Source: an uncultured Candidatus Saccharibacteria bacterium (GTDB taxonomy: Bacteria > Patescibacteriota > Saccharimonadia > Saccharimonadales > Saccharimonadaceae). From it: a stretch of 64,000 bases of DNA. Below the pieces are notes generated by a model. The model saw only the letters and a program-made list of their open reading frames with translations, did no database searches and was not told the DNA's origin. The translations under genes were made by a program, and so were the position numbers. The stretch covers positions 19,956-83,955 of the forward strand of contig CAZOYU010000002.1 of NCBI GenBank assembly GCA_964584145.1, read 5' to 3'. Below are positions 35,237-42,850 of the stretch, in pieces; position 1 is the first letter of the stretch; each line of letters starts with the position of its first letter.

Positions 35237-36799
35237 ATGATAACACAACCTAAAACCAAGCGGGGAGCAGCATCGATGTATGTCGTCATCTTTACGGCTA
35301 TGCTGTTAAGTATTATCGCGCTCAGCTTCGTGCGCATTATGCTGTCGGAAGCGCAGCAGACTAACAACTATAGCCTTTCCCAATCTGCTTACAACTCCGC
35401 TATGGCGGGCGTTGAGGATGCGAAAGTCATCTTACTCAAGTACCAAAACTGTCAGAGTACGAATAATCGCGTCGGTCGCGAAGAGTGCACGCGCATTTCG
35501 AACGCGCTCGAAGCCGAGGATGCTGAAGATAACTGCGACGTAATTCGTGAAGCGCGCGGTATTACGACTGGCGAAAAAGAAACCCTCATCTCCTCCTCTG
35601 AAACCAGCAACAAATCCATCGAGTCTACCGCCGAATCTATCGACCAGGCCTATACTTGCGTCAAGGTTAATGTCGAAAGTTCCGACTATATCGCTAAATT
35701 AAACAAGAACAATTCCTCGAAGATTATTCCTGTGCGCGTGCGCGATACGGACGATAATGGCAATAGTATTAATAATATTAACCGCATCGTTGTTCAATGG
35801 TTTAGCGACGCCGATATGGAGAAGCTTAGCTCCAATGGTACTCGCAACATCGATACGACTATGTATCGCCTTGTCGGTAATAGCAGCACCGTCAACATTA
35901 CGCATATTAACCAAGATAGTGATGCTGCGGCTAATTATGCCGTGAATGATTTTAGCAGTCAAGCTACCGTTGCCCCTTATCTAAAAATTGAACTTTTCCA
36001 GACTAATGATGCGTTTGGTCTTAATCAATTTTATGCTTCTGATGGCACCACTACTAACCGCGGCACGCTTACGCTGCGCCCAACCAATAATGATGTTGGC
36101 GGTTCGGGCACGACTGGCTCTACGCATATTGGTAACACTCTAACAACTGGCTTTGCTGCTTCCGCTCAGAAAACTTATAATTTCCCGATGGACGTAAAAT
36201 GTACGCAGTTTAAGACGGACGGCACCGTTGCGAATGGTGAAAGTAGCTTTTCTTATGCTTGTACTGCCGATATTGTCATCCCAGATCCGGTCGTTTCCTT
36301 GGTCTATGATTACACGACTGATTCTTATCAAAACTATGCTAGCAATTCAAAGAGCCGCAACGCTACTACTATGTTCTTCCGCGTTAGTTTGCCATACCGT
36401 AATCCAGAAACTACTGTGCGCATTGCCTTAAAGAGCTGCAAGACCGACGACTCTAGTATTGCGAATTCTAGCAAAGCTAATGGTGGCTGCGATACTGTTA
36501 ACTTCTTTGGCGTGCAGCCAACCGTTGATTCAACCGGTCGCGCCGCCGACCTCTTCCGCCGTGTCGAATCGCGCCTCGAGATGGTTAATACTTATTTCCC
36601 ATATCCAGATAGCGCGCTTAGTGTAACGGGCAATGTGAACAAGAACTTCTGGGTCACCGACAACTGTTTCTCGCAGACGACCTACGTTGAGAATGGTAAA
36701 GTTATTACTGAAACATACTCCGCCAATGCCGAAGAGAGCTGGAGCACAGATACGCATAAATATAAGAAATGCTACAACTCTGGCGGTTCCTCTAAATAG
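35237..36799 (+). CDS. PilX-N-like pseudopilin/pilus-associated protein (520 aa)
   Basis: The N-terminus KRGAASMYVVIFTAMLLSIIALSFVRIML resembles the PilX N-terminal (RGxAL + hydrophobic helix) type. AGGAGG lies upstream. Large Ser/Thr/Asn-rich ectodomain. Confidence 0.7.
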   Translation: MITQPKTKRGAASMYVVIFTAMLLSIIALSFVRIMLSEAQQTNNYSLSQSAYNSAMAGVEDAKVILLKYQNCQSTNNRVGREECTRISNALEAEDAEDNCDVIREARGITTGEKETLISSSETSNKSIESTAESIDQAYTCVKVNVESSDYIAKLNKNNSSKIIPVRVRDTDDNGNSINNINRIVVQWFSDADMEKLSSNGTRNIDTTMYRLVGNSSTVNITHINQDSDAAANYAVNDFSSQATVAPYLKIELFQTNDAFGLNQFYASDGTTTNRGTLTLRPTNNDVGGSGTTGSTHIGNTLTTGFAASAQKTYNFPMDVKCTQFKTDGTVANGESSFSYACTADIVIPDPVVSLVYDYTTDSYQNYASNSKSRNATTMFFRVSLPYRNPETTVRIALKSCKTDDSSIANSSKANGGCDTVNFFGVQPTVDSTGRAADLFRRVESRLEMVNTYFPYPDSALSVTGNVNKNFWVTDNCFSQTTYVENGKVITETYSANAEESWSTDTHKYKKCYNSGGSSK

Positions 36800-36810
36800 G
36801 GAATGCGTAC

Positions 36811-36841
36811 AAAAATATCCCCCGCAATCGGGGGTATTTTT
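36811..36841 (+). terminator. rho-independent terminator closing the pilin-like operon
   Basis: aaaaatatCCCCCGcaatCGGGGGtattttt. Confidence 0.8.
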
Positions 36842-36853
36842 AAATTCAAATTT

Positions 36854-36940
36854 TGGTGCCCGCGACTGGAGTTGAACCAGCACGCCCGTGAAGGCACTAG
36901 CACCTGAAGCTAGCGCGTCTGCCAATTCCGCCACGCGGGC
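36854..36940 (-). tRNA. tRNA-Leu(CAG)
   Basis: 87-nt class II tRNA on the reverse strand: acceptor GCCCGCG/CGCGGGC, anticodon arm CTAGC-TTCAGGT-GCTAG, long variable arm, encoded CCA. Confidence 0.92.
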
Positions 36941-36980
36941 ATGGCTCTATTTTACCACAGGCGGACAAAAAATCGAGAGA

Positions 36981-36989
36981 TGTTATAAT
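36981..36989 (+). promoter_or_regulatory. extended -10 (TGtTATAAT) 6 nt upstream of the rnhA ATG
   Basis: gaTGtTATAATataaacATG. Confidence 0.45.
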
Positions 36990-36995
36990 ATAAAC

Positions 36996-37412
36996 ATGTC
37001 TTATTACTACACAGACGGTAGCGCTAGTCCCAATCCGGGCCCAGGGGGCTATGCAGTTATTTGTGATGGCGCACCGGTTGCGCTCGGTCGCGAGGCGGAT
37101 TCCACTAATATTCGCATGGAGGCACAAGCACTGATTGCTGCTTATCGAATCGCTCAAGCTGGCGACACGATTTATACTGATAGCGAATTTTGGGTGAATG
37201 TTGTGACTAAATGGGCTGCTAGTTGGCAGAAAAATGGCTGGACTAAAAAATCTGGCCCCATCAGGAACCTCGAACTCGTAAAAGATCTTTATGCGCTCTA
37301 TCTCGCGCATCCCGACGTAAAACTAACCTGGACGCGTGGCCATGTTGGCACTGATGGCAACGAACTTGCCGATGAATGGGCCAATAAAGCTCGCGCTGGC
37401 GTTAGCTTATAG
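36996..37412 (+). CDS. rnhA: ribonuclease HI
   Basis: 138 aa. YTDGSASPNPGPGGYA, NIRMEAQAL, TDSEF and GNELADEWA match the RNase HI DEDD core. The ORF-track start 36888 overlaps tRNA-Leu, so the ATG at 36996 is used. Confidence 0.9.
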   Translation: MSYYYTDGSASPNPGPGGYAVICDGAPVALGREADSTNIRMEAQALIAAYRIAQAGDTIYTDSEFWVNVVTKWAASWQKNGWTKKSGPIRNLELVKDLYALYLAHPDVKLTWTRGHVGTDGNELADEWANKARAGVSL

Positions 37413-37419
37413 GAGGATT

Positions 37420-37989
37420 ATGAAAAAATCTATCGTCAAAATGAAATTAAGCAGCCGCGCCGAGTTTGTCTCGACGCTCGAAGAGATTAATTTCAAGTTC
37501 AGTGAACCTTATTGGCAACATGATCGCATCTTCGTGCCGCGCAATTATAATCGCGATAAAGCCATGCCGCGCCTGTCACTGCGCACAATTGTTAAAGACC
37601 CGAACAAAGATGCGACTTATGCGCTTGTTCTACGTCGTCACTTTGAAGAAAAGAAAATCGACATTACTAACGCAATTGTCTTTAAAGACTATTCCGAAGC
37701 TGCTCGGATTCTTTATCAGCTTGGCTATGAGCTCAAAGCCGAAATTAGTCGTCGCCGCGAAGAACTCAACATGGGTAACACTATTAAAATTTATATCGAC
37801 AAAATCGATAGCCTTCCTGGCTACTATGCCAAAATCGAGTCTGATTTGTCCGACGAAGACGACCCGCATGCCGCTAGGGAAGACCTTATCGAAACTTTTC
37901 GGGTGCTTAATGTTAAGCAGGGGCAACCGCTCGACCAAACCTACGCCGAGATTATTAATTCCTCTGCGCACGAAACTATCGTTGGCTAG
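37420..37989 (+). CDS. CYTH-like domain protein (CyaB/ThTPase fold) with non-canonical N-terminal motif
   Basis: 189 aa with AGGAGG upstream. IKIYIDKIDSLPGYYAKIES resembles the CYTH LD.V.GLG.F.EIE strand. The usual N-terminal ExExK is replaced by VKMKL. Confidence 0.5.
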   Translation: MKKSIVKMKLSSRAEFVSTLEEINFKFSEPYWQHDRIFVPRNYNRDKAMPRLSLRTIVKDPNKDATYALVLRRHFEEKKIDITNAIVFKDYSEAARILYQLGYELKAEISRRREELNMGNTIKIYIDKIDSLPGYYAKIESDLSDEDDPHAAREDLIETFRVLNVKQGQPLDQTYAEIINSSAHETIVG

Positions 37990-37990
37990 A

Positions 37991-38017
37991 AAAAATCTCC
38001 CGCAAAGGGAGATTTTT
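37991..38017. terminator. bidirectional rho-independent terminator
   Basis: aaaaaTCTCCCgcaaaGGGAGAttttt lies between the convergent CYTH-like gene (+) and rpsT (-). Confidence 0.8.
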
Positions 38018-38029
38018 GAATTCAGATAT

Positions 38030-38416
38030 TTATTTCTCAGCTTTTTTGCTTGCAGTCTTCTTTGCTGCTGGCTTCTTGGTGGCAGTCTTTTTCGCTTCTG
38101 CTTTTGCGGCAGGTTTTTCGGCGGCAACTGCTTTTTCGGTTTTTGGTGCAGCTTTTTTGCTGGCGACCAATTTTACATCATTTGCTTTCGCGAATGCAGC
38201 CAATTTTGCTTTGCGGCGGCTAGCGGTATTCTTCTTCAATAAGCCTTTTTTCACAGCTTTGTCATATTCAGATTGCACAATCGCGAGCTTTTCGGCGCTT
38301 GGTTTTGCATGGAAATCCTTCAAAGCGCTACGAATAGTCTTCTTGATCTGCTGGTTGTTGCTACGGCGCTTTTCTGCTTGGCGCGCAGCCTTCTTTGCGG
38401 ATTTAATAATCGGCAT
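38030..38416 (-). CDS. rpsT: 30S ribosomal protein S20 with Lys/Ala-rich C-terminal extension
   Basis: 128 aa. MPIIKSAKKAARQAEKRRSNNQ is a typical S20 start. The last ~40 aa are KKAAPKTEKAVAAEKPAAKAEAKK-type sequence. Confidence 0.92.
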   Translation of the reverse strand: MPIIKSAKKAARQAEKRRSNNQQIKKTIRSALKDFHAKPSAEKLAIVQSEYDKAVKKGLLKKNTASRRKAKLAAFAKANDVKLVASKKAAPKTEKAVAAEKPAAKAEAKKTATKKPAAKKTASKKAEK

Positions 38417-38574
38417 TTAAATATCTTTCCTTAACTTATTATTTTCAATTGATGTATATTATATTCTAAAAAGCGAAAATTGTAAAGTGTGCATATGGGA
38501 AGGGCTTGCAAAAGCAAAAAGATTATGCTAATCTGTACTCAAATAAGGTCAAAATAAACAAGAAAAACATCAAA

Positions 38575-40947
38575 ATGGCAGATAAAAAATCGCAGGCTAA
38601 AACTAGCATCATCGATCAAGTCGCCGAGCGTATCTTGACTAGTGATAATGTGCTAGTTGCGCTTTCTAAAGATCCGAGCGTCGATGAACTTTCGGCTGCT
38701 CTCGGCTTGACATTCATATTAGACAAAATGGGCAAATATGCCACTGCGATTTTCTCCGGCGCTGTGCCAAACGCCATTGAATTTTTGGAGCCAGAAAAGA
38801 CTTTTGAGACTAATACGAATAGCCTGCAAGATTTTATTATTGCCCTCGACAAAGAGAAGGCTGACCACCTTCGCTACAAAATCGATGGCGATTATGTCAA
38901 AGTTTTTATCACACCATATAAGACCACGATTGAAGAGAGTGATATCGAATTCAGCCATGGTGACTATAATGTTGACCTCGTGGTTGCGCTCAATGTCGCT
39001 AACGCCGCCGACCTCGACTCTGCCTTGACGGAGTATGGTCGCATCATGCACGATGCGAGCTCGATTAATATTCATGCCGATGTTGCTGGCAATTTCGCCG
39101 ATCTCGAATGGGGCGACCCAAACGCATCCTCGATTTCCGAAATGATCTATTGTCTGTCCGAAAAACTCCGCGAAGAAGAAGCGCGCAAACTGGTTGATAA
39201 GCCAATTGCAACCGCTTTGATGGCAGGTATCGTTGCGGCAACCAATCGCTTTTCAAACGAACATACTAAACCAGAAACACTTAGCATTGCTAGCAAGCTG
39301 ATGACTGCTGGCGCCGACCAACAATTGATTTCTTCGAGTATTCCAGTCGATATTCTCACGACGGATGTTGTTGATGCAAATGAAGATGCCGAAGCTGCCG
39401 CCGATGTGACCACTGCCGAAGCAGCCACTAAAACGGCTCCTGCTGAGTCTGATACTGTTAGTGTCGATGAATTGGAAGCGCTTGAAAAAGACTCCGCTGA
39501 TAAAACTGCTGCTCCGGCTGCCACTAAAGCCGACCAAGTCGCCACTGAAGCCACTGCTGCCACTACGGAGCCAGCCGAGCCGGCCCCTGCACCTGCGCCT
39601 AAACCTGCTAAGAAAGCCGATCCAACCGCTTTGGAAATTCGCCATGGCGCCGTCGATTTTGAATTAGACGAGAACGGAGAAGAGAAGATTGAACCGGAGC
39701 CGGAATCTGAATCCGAATCCAAGTCTGAATCTGAACCGGAGCCAGTAGCTGCTCCCGTTGAGGTCGAGCCAGCTACTGAGGCTGCTCCAGCCGCCGTCGC
39801 TCCTGAGGCTGTTCCTGAAATTACTCCTGAAGCGGCCGCTCCCGCTGCGCCAATTATTCCAGTTATTGAGTCTAAAAAAGATCATGTTAGCCTAGCACCA
39901 CTCACTGCGCCAGCTGCTGTCGCGTCGGCTCCGGTCGCCGCTGCGCCTACTGCAGAAATGCCAGTAGCTGATGCGCCTGCGTCTATTCCAGTTCCAGAGC
40001 CTGTGCCTGTTCCTGAGCCGACACCGGTCACTGAGCCGACTTTGCCAACTGCCGAATCCGTGATTGTTGCGCCGGAAGTCTCGCCTGAAGAAGCTGCCCG
40101 CGAAACACATGTTGCTGAACCGCTCAACGAATCGGATTTAAATCCAGAAGATAATGCCGCTGAAGATGCTATCGATGCTGCGCTTCAAAAAGCTGCCGCT
40201 GCCGCTGCGCGTCAACAGGCCGAAGCAACTGCGCAACTCGACCAAATGGTTGCCGCTAGTATGCCTACTACTGCAGCCGCACAAAATCCGGTTATGACCG
40301 AACTTGCTACTGCCTCGGGTATTAAAAATATTGCGCCGCTCAACCAAAATGTCCAAGCACCAGCTCTACCAAAAGATTATTCTGCCATGATGAACGAGGC
40401 ACTCGCTGAGCCACTCGTCGCCGAGCCGGTTCAGGCGCCCGTCGAAGCCGCGCCCGTCACTGCGCCGCAAATGCCGGGTGTAACAGCCGCACCCGTAGCC
40501 GCACCTGCGACTGCTATACGAGTGCCTGCGCCACAGGCCGCTGCGCCAGTTGAATATGCCAATGCTTTACCTATGCCTGATCCAAATGGCATTCTGCCAC
40601 CTGCGCCCGCGCCTTTTGCGCCAGAGGCCTCGCTACCTGTCGCCAGCCCTGCTGATTTACCTACTGCACAAGCTTATGCTGAGCAAATTCAGGCCACTAA
40701 TCCAATGGTACAATCTCAGCCAGCCGCTCCTGTTGCTGTGCCGACTATGCCTGAGCCAGTTTTGCCAGTTGAAGCTTCTGTTGCGCCGATTGCGCCAGCT
40801 GTCCCTGAAGATCAGCCCACTCTCAGCGCTGGTAATAGCCAATATTATGGCCAAAGCGCCAGTGCCGCCGTCCAGGGTGTAAATCCGGTAATGCAAGACC
40901 AGATTTATCCGTCCGATCCGAGTGCATATCATATTCCAGGGATGTAA
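38575..40947 (+). CDS. degenerate DHH-like N-terminal domain fused to a ~500-aa Pro/Ala/Glu-rich low-complexity region
   Basis: 790 aa from the ATG at 38575 (the ORF-track TTG 38506 is less likely). The N-terminal ~290 aa is NrnA/DHH-like in layout but lacks the DHH catalytic residues by eye. The remainder is PAPEPV/ESESE-type sequence. Confidence 0.55.
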   Translation: MADKKSQAKTSIIDQVAERILTSDNVLVALSKDPSVDELSAALGLTFILDKMGKYATAIFSGAVPNAIEFLEPEKTFETNTNSLQDFIIALDKEKADHLRYKIDGDYVKVFITPYKTTIEESDIEFSHGDYNVDLVVALNVANAADLDSALTEYGRIMHDASSINIHADVAGNFADLEWGDPNASSISEMIYCLSEKLREEEARKLVDKPIATALMAGIVAATNRFSNEHTKPETLSIASKLMTAGADQQLISSSIPVDILTTDVVDANEDAEAAADVTTAEAATKTAPAESDTVSVDELEALEKDSADKTAAPAATKADQVATEATAATTEPAEPAPAPAPKPAKKADPTALEIRHGAVDFELDENGEEKIEPEPESESESKSESEPEPVAAPVEVEPATEAAPAAVAPEAVPEITPEAAAPAAPIIPVIESKKDHVSLAPLTAPAAVASAPVAAAPTAEMPVADAPASIPVPEPVPVPEPTPVTEPTLPTAESVIVAPEVSPEEAARETHVAEPLNESDLNPEDNAAEDAIDAALQKAAAAAARQQAEATAQLDQMVAASMPTTAAAQNPVMTELATASGIKNIAPLNQNVQAPALPKDYSAMMNEALAEPLVAEPVQAPVEAAPVTAPQMPGVTAAPVAAPATAIRVPAPQAAAPVEYANALPMPDPNGILPPAPAPFAPEASLPVASPADLPTAQAYAEQIQATNPMVQSQPAAPVAVPTMPEPVLPVEASVAPIAPAVPEDQPTLSAGNSQYYGQSASAAVQGVNPVMQDQIYPSDPSAYHIPGM

Positions 40948-41006
40948 AGTAATAAACAAAAAATATTTCACACATCGCGAGATATTTTTTAAGAGCTGAA
41001 AGTCGA

Positions 41007-41029
41007 CAAAAAAGAAGCTAATAGCTTCT
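41007..41029 (-). terminator. rho-independent terminator downstream of tRNA-Pro(UGG)
   Basis: The reverse strand reads AGAAGCTattAGCTTCTtttttt. Confidence 0.65.
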
Positions 41030-41044
41030 AGGTTTCTCTAAAAA

Positions 41045-41120
41045 TGGTCGGGGTTAACAGGCTCGAACTGTTGACCTCGCGCTCCCAAAGCGCGCGCGCT
41101 ACCAACTGCGCCAAACCCCG
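41045..41120 (-). tRNA. tRNA-Pro(UGG)
   Basis: 76 nt: acceptor CGGGGTT/AACCCCG, anticodon arm CGCGC-TTTGGGA-GCGCG, TTCGAGC T loop, encoded CCA. Confidence 0.92.
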
Positions 41121-41146
41121 ACTAACTGTTATTATACCACAAAACA

Positions 41147-41155
41147 TGCTAAGAT
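41147..41155 (+). promoter_or_regulatory. extended -10 (TGcTAAGAT) 6 nt upstream of the GT39 ATG
   Basis: caTGcTAAGATtaaagcATG. Confidence 0.4.
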
Positions 41156-41161
41156 TAAAGC

Positions 41162-42700
41162 ATGAAAAATTACTTTCGCCAGCGGCGGCGGATCTTTTGC
41201 TTAATCGCACCCGCGTTCATTGGCCTATTATATTTAATCTTATGCTTGCTTAACATTAATCAATCAATTTGGTTCGACGAGTCCTATAGCTCTTACATTA
41301 CGCGTTTCGATTTCGCGCAGATGATCGATTTTACTGCCGACGACGTCCATCCGCCACTTTATTACATCGTGCTCAAAACTTGGGCGCATTTCTTTGGTCA
41401 CAATGTAGCTACGATGCGCATTCTCTCTGCTGTGCTTGGCGCACTCGCCATTGTCTTTATCTTCCTTTGGCTTAAATATAAATATGGCGCCTCAATCGCC
41501 ATTCTCGGCTCGTTTATGGCTGCGATCTCGCCGATTTTCGTCCGCTATGGCCAAGAAATGCGTATGTATACGCTAGTTGCATTGATTGTCTTTGCTGCTA
41601 CTTATTTCCTCGAACTCGCAATTAATAACGGCGCCAAAAAATGGTGGGCCATTTACGCAATCTTGCTCGCTGCGGGTATGTATACGCATTATTTCTGTGT
41701 CTTCGCTTGGATTGCGCATCTTATTTACCTCATTAAAATTTATGGCAAAAAGATTTTCCAGAAAAAGATTTTTCTTGTTTATTTTGGCGCAGTTGTTCTG
41801 TATTTGCCTTGGTTGCCGAGTTTCATTCGTCAAGCAACCGACGTTCAGGGTGGCTTTTGGATTAGCGAATTAAATGCGACGGGCGTTCTCGATTATTGGA
41901 CCGAAGTTTTTCTCTATGACAAAGCTGACAATATCAAAAATTGGTTAATCGTTTTACTGGTTGCTGCGATCATTACGCTCATTTATCTAGCTGTACGCTA
42001 TCGCAAGCAGCTTGGTATGTTCTTTTGTCTCGCTTTCGTACCATTTATTGCGCTCGTGTTGCTGTCGATGCCGCCATTTACGCCTGTTTTTGTTTCGCGC
42101 TACCTTGTTTATGCCATGCTTGCCGTGTCCATCCTCGAAGCTGCACTAATTGTCTTCTATGCGCGCGATAAATTCGCCGCCATAAAGCCCAAGAAAAAGA
42201 CGCCATTCTACCAATATCCAGCCGTACGCGTCGCCCTAGTCGCTGCTATTTTCATCGGCTGCAGTATCTGCGGCCTCAGCTCCGTTTATGCCTACGGCAA
42301 CTCGGATTTCGATGCCACTTCGCGCCCGACCGCCAAGGATATGTTTGAAAATCTCATCGCGCTCGATAATGGCGAAAATCTCCCAATTATTTCGAGTGAC
42401 GATTGGCTCTATTACGACTTGGCCGCCTATAGTGACGATGACCATAATGTTTATTTCCTCAATGAGCAAACCGAATATTCTTACGGCTCGCTTTATCCGC
42501 TGCGCGACAGCTACTTTGGCCGCATCGATAACCTCGACGCTTTTCTGGAAGACCGTGATGCAATTTGGTATGTTGGCAAATATTCCGAAGACGAAGAGCT
42601 GACTTTTCCGCGCGATGGTTGGCGGGCTACTACCGAAGCGACTTGGCGTTTTGCCGACAATGGTGACCGCTACCAAATCTTGAAATTAGAGCGCGAATAG
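41162..42700 (+). CDS. GT39/PMT_2-type (ArnT-like) membrane glycosyltransferase
   Basis: 512 aa and polytopic. First-loop DE motif (SIWFDESYSSY) and HPPLYY motif, followed by a soluble C-terminal domain. Confidence 0.75.
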   Translation: MKNYFRQRRRIFCLIAPAFIGLLYLILCLLNINQSIWFDESYSSYITRFDFAQMIDFTADDVHPPLYYIVLKTWAHFFGHNVATMRILSAVLGALAIVFIFLWLKYKYGASIAILGSFMAAISPIFVRYGQEMRMYTLVALIVFAATYFLELAINNGAKKWWAIYAILLAAGMYTHYFCVFAWIAHLIYLIKIYGKKIFQKKIFLVYFGAVVLYLPWLPSFIRQATDVQGGFWISELNATGVLDYWTEVFLYDKADNIKNWLIVLLVAAIITLIYLAVRYRKQLGMFFCLAFVPFIALVLLSMPPFTPVFVSRYLVYAMLAVSILEAALIVFYARDKFAAIKPKKKTPFYQYPAVRVALVAAIFIGCSICGLSSVYAYGNSDFDATSRPTAKDMFENLIALDNGENLPIISSDDWLYYDLAAYSDDDHNVYFLNEQTEYSYGSLYPLRDSYFGRIDNLDAFLEDRDAIWYVGKYSEDEELTFPRDGWRATTEATWRFADNGDRYQILKLERE

Positions 42701-42719
42701 GGGTATAATTGCACTTAGT

Positions 42720-42795
42720 CGGGGCGTGGCGCAGTTGGTAGCGCGCGCGGTTCGGGACTGCGAGGTCGCCTGTTCGAGTCAGGTCGCCCCGACCA
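42720..42795 (+). tRNA. tRNA-Pro(CGG)
   Basis: 76 nt: acceptor CGGGGCG/CGCCCCG, anticodon arm CGCGG-TTCGGGA-CTGCG, TTCGAGT T loop, encoded CCA. Confidence 0.92.
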
Positions 42796-42850
42796 GATGT
42801 GATAAAGAGTAGAGCAGAAATGCTCTATTTTTGTTAAAATAATATACAAT

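Noticed and set aside
37466-38242. 258-aa + strand ORF spanning the CYTH-like gene (other frame), the terminator and the antisense of rpsT
   Set aside because: It crosses a strong bidirectional terminator and overlaps two better-supported genes. Its C-terminal half is just the complement of the Lys/Ala-rich S20 tail.
39147-40127. Several 70-190-aa ORFs on both strands inside 38575-40947
   Set aside because: They are products of the GC-rich Pro/Ala/Glu codon repeats, which are open in many frames. There is no independent support for them.
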